NCBI GenBank assembly: GCA_951406725.2
Contig: OX597823.1
Coordinates: 67,580,001-67,644,000 of the forward strand
Source of the DNA: Octopus vulgaris
Taxonomy: Eukaryota
Length of the DNA: 64,000 nt
Direction: 5' to 3'
The notes under the pieces are model-generated. The model was given only the letters and a program-made list of their open reading frames with translations, ran no database searches and was not told where the DNA came from. Position numbers and translations under genes: made by a program. Of the stretch, positions 63,655 to 64,000 are shown piece after piece. Numbering within the stretch: position 1 is the stretch's first letter; every line of letters begins with the position of its first letter.

Positions 63655-63874
63655 TAACGTGCACCTAGGAATTCCAGACATAGATTCAGTAACGAATGCA
63701 CAGTAACACTGATGATACCTGGTAGCCATAAGTGATGAATGTGCTCCACAGGCACACTATCTGGGACTTACCTGAAACAAGGTTTGGATACTGAATTTAA
63801 TGCCTCCTTTCTAAACCATAATTTTGAATTTAACTGGCGTGTGTGTATGTATACATACATACATATATATATAT

Positions 63875-64000
63875 AATTAATCCAAACAAGAAAGCACAAA
63901 AAAACACAACAACGTGAGGACGTGGAACAAATATAGTATTATTGGACACTCAGGAAAGAAGGAGGGTTTAACGTTTCGAGCGGAGCTCTTCGTCGGAAAC
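63875..64000 (-). mobile_element. Penelope-like terminus with minimal hammerhead (63966-64000); runs off the window
   Basis: Minus strand GTTT-CCGACGA-A-GAGC(tcc)GCTC-GAAACGTT-AAAC, then TTTCCTGAGTG as at about 39460, ending in (TA)n. Confidence 0.7.

Noticed and set aside
63772-63810. Possible 39-nt minus-strand exon with CAG|GTAAGT donor
   Set aside because: Poor polypyrimidine tract and no other support.

Overview
AT-rich, microsatellite-dense animal DNA. The SINE families, RTE/CR1/R4/Penelope-like retroelements and (TA)n/(TACA)n/(TAA)n tracts point to a coleoid cephalopod, most likely Octopus (inference from repeat families). Almost all listed ORFs are artefacts of simple repeats or decayed transposons. 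The one credible host coding exon is a minus-strand first exon encoding a signal peptide (33014-32918), beside a CpG-retaining promoter-like zone (about 31.5-34.9 kb). The rest looks like long intronic or intergenic sequence full of mobile elements: a young CR1 LINE (45.7-49.1 kb), several Penelope-like remnants with hammerhead ribozymes, two R4/Dong-like families each in a different microsatellite, RTE fragments, mariner, Chapaev3-like, hAT/piggyBac MITEs, a Helitron and dozens of modular tRNA-SINEs. Most unusual: a 1.1-kb patchwork of inverted copies of three nearby segments (55.0-56.1 kb), a foldback element with two outward-facing hammerheads (62.5-63.7 kb), and a candidate -1 frameshift at the CR1 ORF1/ORF2 junction. 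Everything was read by eye, so boundaries of decayed elements are approximate.
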